A program made the translations under genes and the position numbers. A DNA stretch of 51,958 nt, from positions 25,181,164 to 25,233,121 of the forward strand of contig NC_068998.1 in the NCBI RefSeq assembly GCF_001194135.2, in the 5' to 3' direction. This DNA is from Octopus bimaculoides. Taxonomy: Eukaryota. Below, piece after piece: positions 12,432 through 24,532 of this stretch. The notes under the pieces are model-generated. The model was not told where the DNA came from and did not search any database. It saw only the letters and a program-made list of their open reading frames with translations. Position 1 is the stretch's first letter; the number at the start of each line of letters is the position of its first letter.

Positions 12432-13880
12432 CATCATGTGCATTTAATTGAAGTGATTCAATGCTGATCATGCACGAAACAGTAACAAGATTATTGCGGA
12501 GGGTATGATTTTATGCGTGGTAAAATATACAGCGAAACCATGTTTCCTCTTTATGTTTCGTATTACCACTATTCTATAAAGCAGCAGACCTGCAAAATAG
12601 CGAAAAACGTTGGATAAAAAAAAAATACCATATGATATTCATTTATCTCCTGTGTTCAAATTTCTGCGCGCCCCCCTTAGTTTTTCATCTACCCCTCTGA
12701 AAATAAAGTAGTAATTCTGTGGACGATTATATATGGCTAAAGCATGCCATCAAATATCTGTCGGTGAGCTTGTATTATAAATCATTATTACCATAATCAT
12801 CTCTTCCTATTTTCCTGTATCAATGGTGCGGTATGTCGATTCGTTACTTTGATTATTAATGTAAGTTTGAGTTATATGCGAGAATAGTTGTGAAACGACA
12901 TATGAATCGATGCATTATGTCAATTAAGATTTGTGGGAACCGTGTGCTATAGGTATGAGTTATATGTGAGAGTAAATACAATGAAGTATCTTTCGATTCA
13001 TTTTGTTGATTATCAATCGTCAGAAAGAAGCGCTTCTTGATAAAGTGCAATAGTATTGAAGAAATTGGCATATGCCATGGTCTTGAGAAACATTCCCAGG
13101 AACGTTATTTAATTCTCTGTATAGAGGACAGGTAATAAATCTACTGAATAAGTTTAACCGTCTTCACTTGTTTGATTTATACATAAATAAATATATTTCT
13201 TCTACGTGAATGTGGATGTAATACTATACTTGCAATGCTTCTTGAAATAACATGTAGAATATGGATAGCATTATAAACCAAGATTATTATGTATATATAT
13301 TAACTAATGAAAAGGCAAACAGTGATTGTTCTGGCACTTAAAGCTAAATGCAACATTCTCGATGGATCACTTTATTGAGAACCGGGTAGGAATTATAGCT
13401 GGAATACGTATACGCAGGTATATATGGTTGCTGAAGGAATTTGTCTCACAATCACACCCCCGTAAGTTCAATATTACTGCTTTGTATGATACAACAGCGA
13501 TTTTGCTATACCTTCTCTTTAACCCAAACAATATAAGCGAAATTTTGAATCGGGAAATGTTGAGTAATCTCTGAATGATGAAGATTTAGCCTGATAACTT
13601 TGTTAAAGGCATTACTTCTGATTGCTTAACGAAACAGCCATAGTCGTCATCAATGGGAGATCCATCAACTTCAACCCAATGCTTCATAATTATCCTATCA
13701 TGGACAGGTAGTCTAAAGAGGAATTCACTATTGACAAACATGAATCCAGCGCATTGAAGTCTTAAGTGCAGTACCAAATTGTTATATATAATTTTCTTTT
13801 ATAATTTAGAAAACTATATATATTATTTCATTATTTTTGAAAAATATTTTGCAAAATATATATACCTCCCATGCTTTCAG

Positions 13881-13969
13881 AACTGGGTTTGGGATTAATC
13901 AAATTACAACAAATTAAGGAGTCATTCATTAACTCAACTTATGAAGAAGAAGCCTCTGAAGTTATGAGT
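13881..13969 (+). CDS. Candidate internal coding exon of an unidentified gene (phase 1 to 0): (E)LGLGLIKLQQIKESFINSTYEEEASEVMS
   Basis: Acceptor CATGCTTTCAG, donor GTAAGT, 89-nt open frame, non-repetitive. No recognisable homology. Confidence 0.3.
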
Positions 13970-14074
13970 GTAAGTCTCTGCGTGTGTATTTATGTATATA
14001 TGCATGCTGTAAATATCATGTGGAGAACTGGATGTACGACTGTTACTGTTGTGTTATGTCCAAAACTCCACGTA

Positions 14075-14094
14075 TATTATTATTATTATCATCA

Positions 14095-14130
<36 letters not shown>

Positions 14131-14154
14131 GTATTAGTATTATTATTATTATTA
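14075..14154. repeat. (TAT)n/(CAT)n microsatellite
   Basis: Directly visible. Confidence 0.95.
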
Positions 14155-14428
14155 TTCAGTCTGCTTCATGTATAGTTAAGTAACTTCTATACTGAGTTGG
14201 ATTACTAGCCATAAACTACAGATCAAATGAATCAGAAATGTGGATAAGAACAAGTTTACATCATAGTTTTATGCGCGTTTAACCATTATCTTTTCTGTAA
14301 CTTAAGGCAATAAAATGTCCCTGATAATTCGTTATAGCTGAGAATCTAAATGCCCTTGGAACAGCTTTTACAGCCATAATTGTGAAACGTGCGTAGGAAT
14401 TATAATATACAGTTGTGTCTACTGTATA

Positions 14429-14474
<46 letters not shown>

Positions 14475-14519
14475 CGTATGTGTGTGTGTGTGCGCGCGTG
14501 TACCTGTGTGTGTAAATAT

Positions 14520-15546
14520 ATATAATTCAGGATGAAATCAGTTAATGATATTATCTGTTGCCAGCATGTAATAAAAACCATATAGGAAAACATTAATAGG
14601 AATATATAATTATGATCACGAGTACTGATAAACAGCACCGACACGCTAGAGATAGACGTCAAAAGGCTAAAAAACCACATCAAATTACATTCCATTAGCA
14701 CAAGGCTGAATGCAAGCAAATGAATAAATGAGATTTAGTAAAAATTTTGAGATAAATTCTAGATCGCCCGATTTCTGGTTTAGTAATATACATTATTTTA
14801 CCTTCATGAGTAGAATACATCCGAAGTACATAAATACAAATATATATACATACCTATACACATACATTCGTACATATACAAATATATACATATATCCACA
14901 GGTATATACGAGGTAAATCCGATTATTCATTTCAACCACTTGCGTATTTGATCAAGAAAATACCGCGGTAAATATCAGGATCAGAGTGAATAGATAACGA
15001 TATATCAATAGATAATGAAGGATAAAATCAATTAATGATCTTGTCAGTGGTCAAAATATAATCAAAATGATATAGGTGAAATTAATATAAATATACAATA
15101 AGAGAGATACAATTATAATTAAGAGTACTGAGTAACAGTACCTACACGCTAGACAGAAACGTCAAAAGACGCTAAAAACCATTTGAAATTATACTCCATT
15201 AGCACAAGGCTGAAAGCGAGCAAATGAATAAAAGACTTTTTTGACGTCTATCTCCAGAGTGTAGGTACTGTTTCTCACTACCCTTAATTATATCTAATAT
15301 AATTATACATTCATATTAATGTTTACCTATATAGTTTTTCTTACATGCTGGCCACTGATAAGATCATTAATTGATTTTATCCTCAATTATACATGCATAT
15401 ATATTTATTTATTCACTCTGATCGTGATATTTACTGTTTTGTTCATTTGCTCGCTAATGGAATGTAATTTGAAGTGGTTTCAGAGTTTTATAACGTCTAC
15501 CACGAGCGTATGGGTTCTGTTTTGTCAGTACCCTTAATTTTATATA
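14520..15546. repeat. Diverged ~200-270-bp unit present four times: two direct copies then two inverted copies
   Basis: ACACGCTAGA..GACGTCAAAAG..AAATTA..TCCATTAGCACAAGGCTGAA..GCAAATGAATAAA at ~14640-14727 and ~15145-15232. Reverse-complement versions lie at 15236-15390 and 15405-15545. Confidence 0.8.
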
Positions 15547-15735
15547 NNNNNNNNNNNNNNNNNNNNNNNNNNNNNNNNNNNNNNNNNNNNNNNNNNNNNN
15601 NNNNNNNNNNNNNNNNNNNNNNNNNNNNNNNNNNNNNNNNNNNNNNNNNNNNNNNNNNNNNNNNNNNNNNNNNNNNNNNNNNNNNNNNNNNNNNNNNNNN
15701 NNNNNNNNNNNNNNNNNNNNNNNNNNNNNNNNNNN

Positions 15736-15789
<54 letters not shown>

Positions 15790-17237
15790 GGTATTTTTTT
15801 CCCGTGTTAGTAAACATTTACCTTTTACTTCATTTGTTCTAAATAAAATAAGGAAAATGCTTATTGACCTCTTATCCATTTACTTTGATGTATATCATGA
15901 ATAGGATGTTTAAGATTAATATTCCCCTTCGACCCATGAGATCTAGCTTATATTTCATTCGAACTCTATAAAATAAACGGGTTTGACACGCCTGTGTTTA
16001 GAAATATGATTAAAAAATGGAGATGTTTTTATGCAGACATAAACAGTGAATAATGAACTAGGTTGAAGTAATATATTACTTTCTTAACTGTATATTCTCA
16101 TAGATTTTGTAGTTATATTAGAATATTAATGTATTATAATTTGATCTGGGGATGTATAACAACTTATTAAAAATAAGAACAGTAATTCAGACTAATTTCA
16201 GAAGAGGCTTTTAGATGAAAGTGAAAATGGATGTGAAAGTCCTAAAAGGTATTTCATTCCGATCCATATTTACATTTGTGCATTCTTAGAGCATGATAAA
16301 ACATATCGTTTATTACATTAAATCTTTAGAAGAATAACGCTTCACTATAGCATAAGTTACACGATGTATTGAAGCATCTCATGTTCATCACTGTTTCTTC
16401 TGTGACATCTTCAGTGACATATTTCTGTATAAGCATTTACTTCTGTCGATAGAACATGTCAGGCATACTATCCATGTTGGAAGTGAATGAATTGTTGGTC
16501 CATACATTTCTCAAAAGGTGCCAGCAAGGGGTGATGATTTCACGAACGTAGAAGGGAGAAAGGAAAAGAGAGAACAAGGTTAGTGGAATAGAATGAACTC
16601 GAAGGTCCTCTTGAATGCCTGTTCAATTTCTTCGGCTTAACATTCTTCTTATTTTCCATCGTGCTCAATATGAACGGAGATGACACCATGGGGTAATCAG
16701 TTTCCGACGAATGAAAATCGTAACTCAGCTTTGTTTTATTATATACATTTTTGATTCTAATTTCTATCTCTAAATAAGCTATCTTTTAATTTCTTATATT
16801 TTCTTAAGTCATAATTTGGAACATTCTCATTTTCGTCTCAGTATTCTGTGACTTCATCTTTTTTTTTTACTTTTTTACTTTTCGACACTGACAATGAAAA
16901 AAAAAGTAATCTTTGCTTTTCATGATTTGGGGACCAACAAAATAATACCAGTTGTTTATGTTTTTGCCTGTTTAATATCGGGCATTTCTGATGGAGAAGA
17001 CATAGAACACGCAGAATCGACCAGAAACCTCTCTGTGTTTCGTGATCCAGTGAAACTTCAATATCGTGCTCCTGTATAATTGCTGGTTTCAATATGCAAT
17101 CTATAATGAAATAGATTATCGTGCAGATACAGTGAAATTATTCTGAGCATTTATTTTTCAGGCAATATTATGTTGCTTTGTACTTTTAATCTATAATTCA
17201 CCAATACAACTATTTGAAGAGGCAAAATTTTGAATAT

Positions 17238-17309
17238 ATGAGAATCCCCTTATTGCTATTTTTCGCATTATATCCAGGAAACGCATTGTGTATCTTCAAC
17301 GACTTTACA
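17238..17309 (+). CDS. Candidate first coding exon with signal-peptide-like sequence MRIPLLLFFALYPGNALCIFNDFT
   Basis: ATG, 24 codons with a basic/hydrophobic/small-residue pattern, then a perfect GTAAGT donor. Could be chance. Confidence 0.2.
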
Positions 17310-17725
17310 GTAAGTAGGTTGTTATTCAAAGGCTGCTATTTTAGAAAGTGGCGCTACCGCCCAGAGGACACGTCGTTGCTTTGTGTAGTTAAAGTTACCT
17401 GGGGAAATTCAAATATGCTTTCCTATCGGGATGAGAGAAAATATGATGATTTGATTTGAGCAAGTCGTAGAAAGTGATAACATATTGTTAGTATTTTATG
17501 TGTAGCTGTTACGGGATGATGCCAATGGATTTATCTGCAGCTTGTAGGGATTTACTGTAGTGTAGGTCCAAGTGGACCTGGCTTAACTTATTAATTATAT
17601 GAAGTTACATGCGTACTGTGTCAACCAGTTCTTAGAGAGTGTCAGCAAATTATGGTAGAATATTTGTGAGTCCAGTTTTTACTAAATGTCACAGAGACAA
17701 GTCTCGCTCACACTCATACACATAT

Positions 17726-17949
17726 GCGAGCTGGCAGAAACGTTAGCACGCCGGGCTAAATGACTAACGGTATTCCGTCTGCCGTTACGTTCTGAATTCG
17801 AATTTCGCCGAGGTGGACTTTGCCTTTCATCCTTTCAGAGTCGATTAAATAAGTGCTAGTTAATCGCTGGGGTCGTTGTAATCGACTTAATCCCATTGTC
17901 TGTCCTTGTTTGTCCCCTCTATGTTTAGCCCTCTGTGACCAATGAAGAA
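17726..17949 (+). mobile_element. SINE family A, near full length
   Basis: GCGAGCTGGCAGAAACGTTAGCACGCCGGGC...CCTCTGTGACCAATGAAGAAATA; aligns with the copies at 2339 and 7428. Confidence 0.92.
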
Positions 17950-17954
<5 letters not shown>

Positions 17955-17991
<37 letters not shown>

Positions 17992-18077
17992 AGAGAGAGA
18001 GAGAGATAGAGAGTGAGAGAGAGGCAGAGAGCCACAGAGAGAGACAGAGAGAGAAACGGTGAGAGAGAGAGCGAGAG

Positions 18078-18108
<31 letters not shown>
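17955..18108. repeat. (TA)n followed by (GA)n microsatellite
   Basis: Directly visible, at the SINE tail. Confidence 0.95.
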
Positions 18109-18113
<5 letters not shown>

Positions 18114-20179
18114 GGCGTATTGCCCAGTAATTTCATATTCTGTATATTAATGAGTTCGACTGTCGAATGTACTTCATGATCACTAATTTGGAAGAAAGTA
18201 GTAAAAATAGCACTTTCATATTGTTAAGTGTATTGTTTGCATCGCACCTTTAGTTATTTTACTTGAAATTATGGTAGTCTGTGCAGCCTTTTGAGAAATT
18301 TGATGTAATACATATTTGCGTTTCGCGAAGGATGTTACTCATATTTTTATATATTGACATGTCCATCTAAATGATACAGTATGCTATGAGAGGTTGTCTC
18401 CTCATGGGGCCGTTTCACCCGAAAATATTTAGATAATTTCAGGTTAGATACTCATACTTTCATAGTACTTGTGTGGGTAGTTAAAAATATTAGTGAACCG
18501 AAGAACACTTCAGCCCTAGAAATACTTTTGCTCTTTAGTGTTGATTTATTTTAACAATTTCCCTATTGTTCGCCTAGCATTTAATATAAAGAAAAGACTA
18601 AGATCCGGGTAAAGTTGAAGGATGCATGTATTATTTCTCATGTTTCTCCGTTTCTCGTGAATTTTTCAGTACGGCTGAGCATGTTTGACGTGTTTACTTT
18701 CTTGTAGTACATATTGTTCTATATATTTATGCGTTAAAAATTGTTTGTACTGCTAAGTATTTAATTTTTGAATACTTTTAGTTTGCGTTCCCAACAAATA
18801 TTTCTTTCGGATTTCAATTTTTCTTTTGCTTCGTTCTCTGCTTTTTCTTTAGAAACTTAATGCTGGATTACATTCACATTTAATATGGTTTTGGGGTTTA
18901 TTTCCGTTTCCAATCAGGCTGACTATTTTATGTAGTCAGTGTTTTACATTTGTCTATTCTTTTCTGAAGTGGTGACAATTAATTTATTGATTTGTTGAAC
19001 TGCATTTACGAATTTTGAAATTCTTTTGCAGGAAGTGCTTCTACTGCACCTACTGAAATTTATAATTGCGTGTTTGATTTCTTTCGTCGCGTGTTAAGAT
19101 ATCATGTGAATGGTGGTCAACTGAGCAGATTAGATTTATTTTGCAAAACATATTGAACATTCCAAAAGAATTATTAGTAATATCCTCTAATGGATCCAGT
19201 AGCTTTGCCAACACATCTGCCAGTACGTTGCCTTTAACCAATGTGATTAATAGCTATATACATCTTTAAAATCATGACATACCTCACTGAGAGTAAAGTA
19301 ATAAATAAGTGTGATGCTAGAGATACTAGAGTATTAACTCTACCATTAATGGAAGCATTTTGTTGATAATGACGGTGATAGTAGTAGTGATATGTAAAAG
19401 AGTTGTGAATAGTTAGAATGGTAATTATTTAAGAGAAGCAGACAGATTAAGTGGTTTGCTCCGGCAGAGTGATAAGGGAGTTTTATACTCGGGAGCTTTA
19501 ACAATTGTCCAATGAGAAACAAAACAAAAGAAATAAATATTCATCAAGATACCAAATCATAACAGTATTATGAATAATTATTATAAAGTATGGGCAATTA
19601 AGTGTCTTTGAATAGTTAGATTCAGATATTCTAAAACGTGTGCTACATTTAACATGAAAATGCACTTAAAAATACCTCCATGTTTATTAGATGGAGAATA
19701 AAGCCAATATTTTCAAACCGTCACAGTTTCACACGTAACTATGTATGTACGGCTTACAAAGGTAATTTACCTCTATGAATCCTTCATATATTGCATGGCT
19801 TGACAAAATATTGAGTGAATGCATGATTTGTTGTGTGCGTTGTTCTCTCTCCGGGATACATTCTAAAATATTGATCGAGCACTATTACTGATGAACACCA
19901 TGCTAAATGGACTCTTTTATTGATTTTGTCACGAATTTTCACTTTGTAATGAATTATTGTTTATAACTTGTGTGTTGGATTTTATATTTTAATTCTGCGA
20001 AAATATAATGTTTGTATTTTATGTTTCTCATTGACCAAATTTATTTCCATTTTTTAACAGTTCTTCGAAAATTTGAAGACAAACATTACCGACGGGTATC
20101 TTCAGCAGTTTTGTGTACTGAATCAATACGGACAAATACAATTTATGGAATCAAGAAAAAATATTCTCTTGTTTTTCTT

Positions 20180-20254
<75 letters not shown>

Positions 20255-20267
20255 CAACAACAACAAC
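20180..20267. repeat. (AAT)n/(AAC)n microsatellite
   Basis: Directly visible; source of the poly-N and poly-L ORFs. Confidence 0.97.
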
Positions 20268-20454
20268 ATGTGTTTATGCTCTTCATATGATTCCTCGAAG
20301 AAAATCAATATGCAGAATTTTCACATTTTGAATGCTAGCCATTTATAAAAAAAATATACAAATCCCCAATTACCATATAGATGTATTTTACGAATCTAGT
20401 TTTCTGTATTAAAATATTTACATGTGCATCCGCTATTAATTTTTCGAAATGTGA

Positions 20455-21000
20455 TTACACACTGGGATTCAGTATCCATTCAGAATACCTTTTCTGTTTG
20501 CTATTTGGAAGGAACAATGACCTTGACCGAGTCAGATGACATTGATGTACATAAAACATGAGCAGGGAGATTTCAAAAGGTCGATGTCCTGAGGTAGAAC
20601 TGGGTATCATAATAGTTCGAGTCTGTTTTGGACGCACAGTGATGTGAATGGATGAGAAGTGCAAATATCTGTCGGCTGGAAGTGCTTGAGATGAAGAGGT
20701 ATGAGGAACAGAGGAAACTATAATTGCGATAGAAAGGGTTCCAAACTCTGACACTCACTTGTGGGTCAAAAGTTTGATTGTGTCCTACAGTTATTTAGAA
20801 ATTATCCGCTGACCTGCCTTTATCTGGATGCGATCCAGCATGTATTACGTGTAGTATCAACACTGAGACCCAGATGTAAGTGAAAAACGTAAATGTGCAA
20901 CTCAGTTGAGTTTTTAGTGTATGAGCAACTGTTGGGGATTGAAAACTTTTGTGATATTGAGGTGAAGGGGCGAGCTTTAAGAATCGGCCCAAACTATGTT
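20455..21000 (-). mobile_element. CR1/Jockey-type LINE 3' fragment (post-RT region), decayed
   Basis: Minus-strand frames give FTYIW, MLDRIQIKA, PFYRNYSFLCSSYL and FYLRTSTF*NLPAHV. These match the CR1-type tail pattern SHIW...LDRIQ.KA...LFYRYY...CSSEL...FFPRT..LWNSLP. Confidence 0.65.
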
Positions 21001-22832
21001 AAGCCTGTACTTTCGCCAAGGAAAATTTCCGTCGGTTCTAGCATCTAGAATGTCCATGAAGGCTCTATTTGAGAGCCGCTCAGGTTTAGAGGGGTGTAAT
21101 GTGGTGTTATTTTCTGCAAATGGATAACACAAATATTTTATATTTCTGTAGAATGAGACGAGATTATCATGGCTCCCTCAAAGACGCTTTCAAAATATTT
21201 GCTTATGTAATCAATACTAGTTTGATGTCTCCGGTGAAGGATGCTATTGATGATGCATTATTTGAAGAAATTAGATTTGCAGAAACGACGTAGGACCTGC
21301 ATGACGGTGGCTGGTGTTTGATATGCAAGCACATTGATCATTGATGCAAAGAATGAAGAGGAAGGGGCTCAAAATGAAAACAACGTATGCATTTTAACTG
21401 ATTCAGAACGAGACGGAAGAACTTCATCTACACAGGACATGAAGATGTAATTTAATAAAACGTACACGCCTAAGCAATATGGGATTGGAGCAGTCTGTAG
21501 GCAAAACGTGTCGAAAACAGATTTGCATACTACAAATTCAAAAGCTTTGTTACTGTGTAGGGCAGTTAATTTGCTTTTATTGAACATCCCTAAAATCAGA
21601 ATCGATCGTTAAGTGACATAAAAGAGTAGGTTTACAGTGGATCTAGTTATCACTAAGGAAAACGATAGATTAAACTGGTTACGTAATATCATTCATAACA
21701 GATCTCTGCATTGCTATGCAAATTTAAGCTGGGAAGTTTACAATTGTTTAACAATTCATTGATTTCTTTCAAATATGTATTTTTTTCCTTAATTTATAAC
21801 ACAAAATGCGACGCAGTAGGAGATTCATTAAACTGTGAGTCAAACATGTCTTGTGGAATCAGTTCCAGATACATACTCGGATTGATATAATCAAATAAAA
21901 CTTTTGTCTCCTAAGATATATATGCAAATGTCTACGGATGAGATTCCTGAACTAATTTTCGTGATGGTGATTGTTCTTTAAAGGTAGTTGAATTTGAAAA
22001 TAACAATGATATCTAACGAAATAATTTTAGAGCTAAATGACATAGTCACTGAACAATAGCATAAATTTTATCATTAATAGAAAGAGCGCTGCATCTACTA
22101 CATTCATCGGCATTTTCACAGCAGAGCGAGACAGAAGCATGATGAACTCATTGTTAAATATATTCACTATATACTGAAACAAGACGCACCGAAGAAATAA
22201 GATACAAGTATGTACTACTATTGGATATTGGAAACGACAGCCAAAGAAGCATTGAGACAAGGGAGAAACAGATATTTGACGAAGTAATTTCATCAACGCA
22301 CACTTTCGGTTGGATAGGTTGCAGTGACCGGACTTTAATGGAAGCGACTACATCTTATGCATTTTATTGGAAATTGTTGGGGTATCATTGGGTGAATTTA
22401 ATTATAGTCAATAGCATCTTGAAATACTAATTTGGGGGTCACGCTTAAGAAATATTTATTTAAACTTTTGAAATTTTGTGTAGACATGTAGTAACATTAA
22501 AAACTAATATTTATCCTCTCAGGCGTATTGGTGGACCTACAAATATAAACATTTTGAGTCCTTTTATTGTATACAAATGAGCTATTTAATTATCTTCCGG
22601 ACAATGACAGGGTCAATTTCTTTGTAAAATTCAATAACAAAATTTCGTACATACATGCATACATACATACAAATAGACATTGATAATTATGCATATGTGT
22701 ACGTGTGCATGATGTGGTGTGTATACATAATTCATACACATATCCGAATATTTCACTGTATCTCTGCATCGATCAGACTATCAGACCAGACCAGTGGCAG
22801 TATGCCTTCGGTATTCTGCTATAACACATTTT

Positions 22833-23432
22833 CACTCTACCCTGTTCTCGGATTATTTAACATGTCCATAACATATTCAGTACGCCCATAACATATTCAG
22901 CATGTCTCTAGCATATTCATCTACGCCCTCTTTATTGATAAAATAAATCTAGGTATGTTCCTAAATGTTCCTTTTATTTATTTATTTTATATGATTGCTG
23001 TTATTTACTTACTTTTGTAAAATTTATATTAGTTACTAGTAAATATAATTATTTATTGAATTATATTAGTTGATAGGTTGCGTTCATAAATATATATATA
23101 TTTGTCTGTTTGTTTATTAAACCTAAAAATTAAATACAGAAAAATATACATGCATGAACCCAACCTGTCAACTAATGTATTTGAATAAATAATTATATTT
23201 ACTAGTAATTAATATAAATTTTACAAAAAATAAGTAAATAAGAGTTTTGATGTAAAATAAATAAATAAAAGAACAATTAAGAGCGTAGATGTGCATGTTA
23301 TGGACATGCTGAATAATATAAAAAGTAGGTGCAGGGTTCTAAGCTTAAATAGTTAATCAATTTGATCAAATGGGTGGAATAAGGACGAAGAGGAATGAGT
23401 TATGGACATACTGAATAGGGTGAAAAGTAGTG
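22833..23432. mobile_element. AT-rich fold-back (MITE-like) element with subterminal repeats
   Basis: 22896-23087 is reverse-complementary to 23154-23313 with a 66-nt spacer. The short motif CATGTCCATAAC / GTTATGGACAT recurs in both arms and at ~23399. Confidence 0.7.
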
Positions 23433-23610
23433 GAAGGCTTATAAAGAGTTAATCAGCACTACGAAAAGAGTGGAATAGTAAGATGACCTAGTTCTTCTGA
23501 AGTAACTCTATTCCTTGTGCAGTAAGGTCAACAAATCAACTTTTAGCTATTTTTAGAAAAAGAACCCAAGGTACATATGCTACAATTTAATCGGAATGAA
23601 CTCTCTGTAC

Positions 23611-23999
23611 TTGTATGCTATCAACTTAATGTGACAGTGCTCTGAAGGGAATAACACTACTGTTGGCTAGACCTAGGACGCTGCACCGCTTCCTTTCGGC
23701 CTTGACACATTTCCTGTGTCCTTATATTTACAAGGGGGAGACAAGCACCTCAACCTAGCTAAGCCTACATCCAGAGACATGTTTCTGAGTCTTTGCTAGT
23801 CATCAGTCTAGAGTAGCAAAGATTCAGAAACATGTCTCTGGATGCAGGCTTAGCTGGTTGGAGGTGCTTGTCTCCCCTTGTAAACATAAGGACACAGGAA
23901 ATGTGTCAAGGTCGACAGGAAGCAGTGCAGCTTCCTAATCTAACCAACACTACCATTAATCCCTTCAGGGGACTGTCACATTAAGTTGACAGCATACAA
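23611..23999. repeat. Long inverted repeat / hairpin: ~188-bp arms, 15-nt loop
   Basis: 23611-23798 is reverse-complementary to 23814-23999. By hand count the inner ~100 bp differ at ~7 positions; the outer part is more diverged. Confidence 0.92.
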
Positions 24000-24099
24000 C
24001 TACTTCATCGTATCACTACTGCATAAATCTCTCTGAGATATTTAGAAATGTATTATTGCTAAACTCTCTGTACGTTACGACGTGAATATTATCCAATTA

Positions 24100-24186
24100 T
24101 GCCCTGAGGTGGCTGCTTGCATCTTCAACTTCAAAATGCACTTTAAAATAAGAATAACAGCAATCAGCCGAAACACAGCGTAGGCA
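24100..24186 (+). ncRNA. Degenerate type I hammerhead-ribozyme-like motif (Penelope type)
   Basis: Stem I TGCC/GGCA; core CTGAGGT (A9 replaced by T); stem II GGCTG-C-TTGC/GCAA-T-CAGCC; GAAA; minimal stem III AC/GT; cleavage triplet GTA. Confidence 0.45.
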
Positions 24187-24500
24187 ATATGAATGAACTT
24201 ATTAATTTGACTGTACATAGTAATAGATTGTTTACTCTATGTATGTATTTTCCGTTTTCTTAGAAAACTTCATAGCGACGACTGGAATTACAGAGGTGTA
24301 CTAGTATTGTACTAGTATTGAAGAAGAACCAACGATAAACACTAGTACATATACACATGTAAAATTTCTAATATCGTTAATGGATATTAGTGCAAAACTG
24401 GTTGATACTTGGATAATATATCCCTAAGAAAGAACAGCTTCTTTTTTTTACAAACACACACACACACACACACATACACACACACAGACACAGACACAGA

Positions 24501-24532
<32 letters not shown>

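Noticed and set aside
12126-12467. Poly-I/V and poly-N/D ORFs (also 13984 and 20073)
   Set aside because: They are trinucleotide microsatellite translations, not low-complexity proteins.
15125-15175. CTGAGTA...GAAACGTC in one unit of the 270-bp array (retrozyme idea)
   Set aside because: Not conserved in the other three units, and no stem II.
19030-19260. Overlapping open frames on both strands after a strong acceptor
   Set aside because: The frames are mutually incompatible, with no consistent donor and no homology.
21150-22430. Protein-like fragments broken by stops (possible pseudogene)
   Set aside because: No recognisable domain; cannot be distinguished from decayed repeat or chance.
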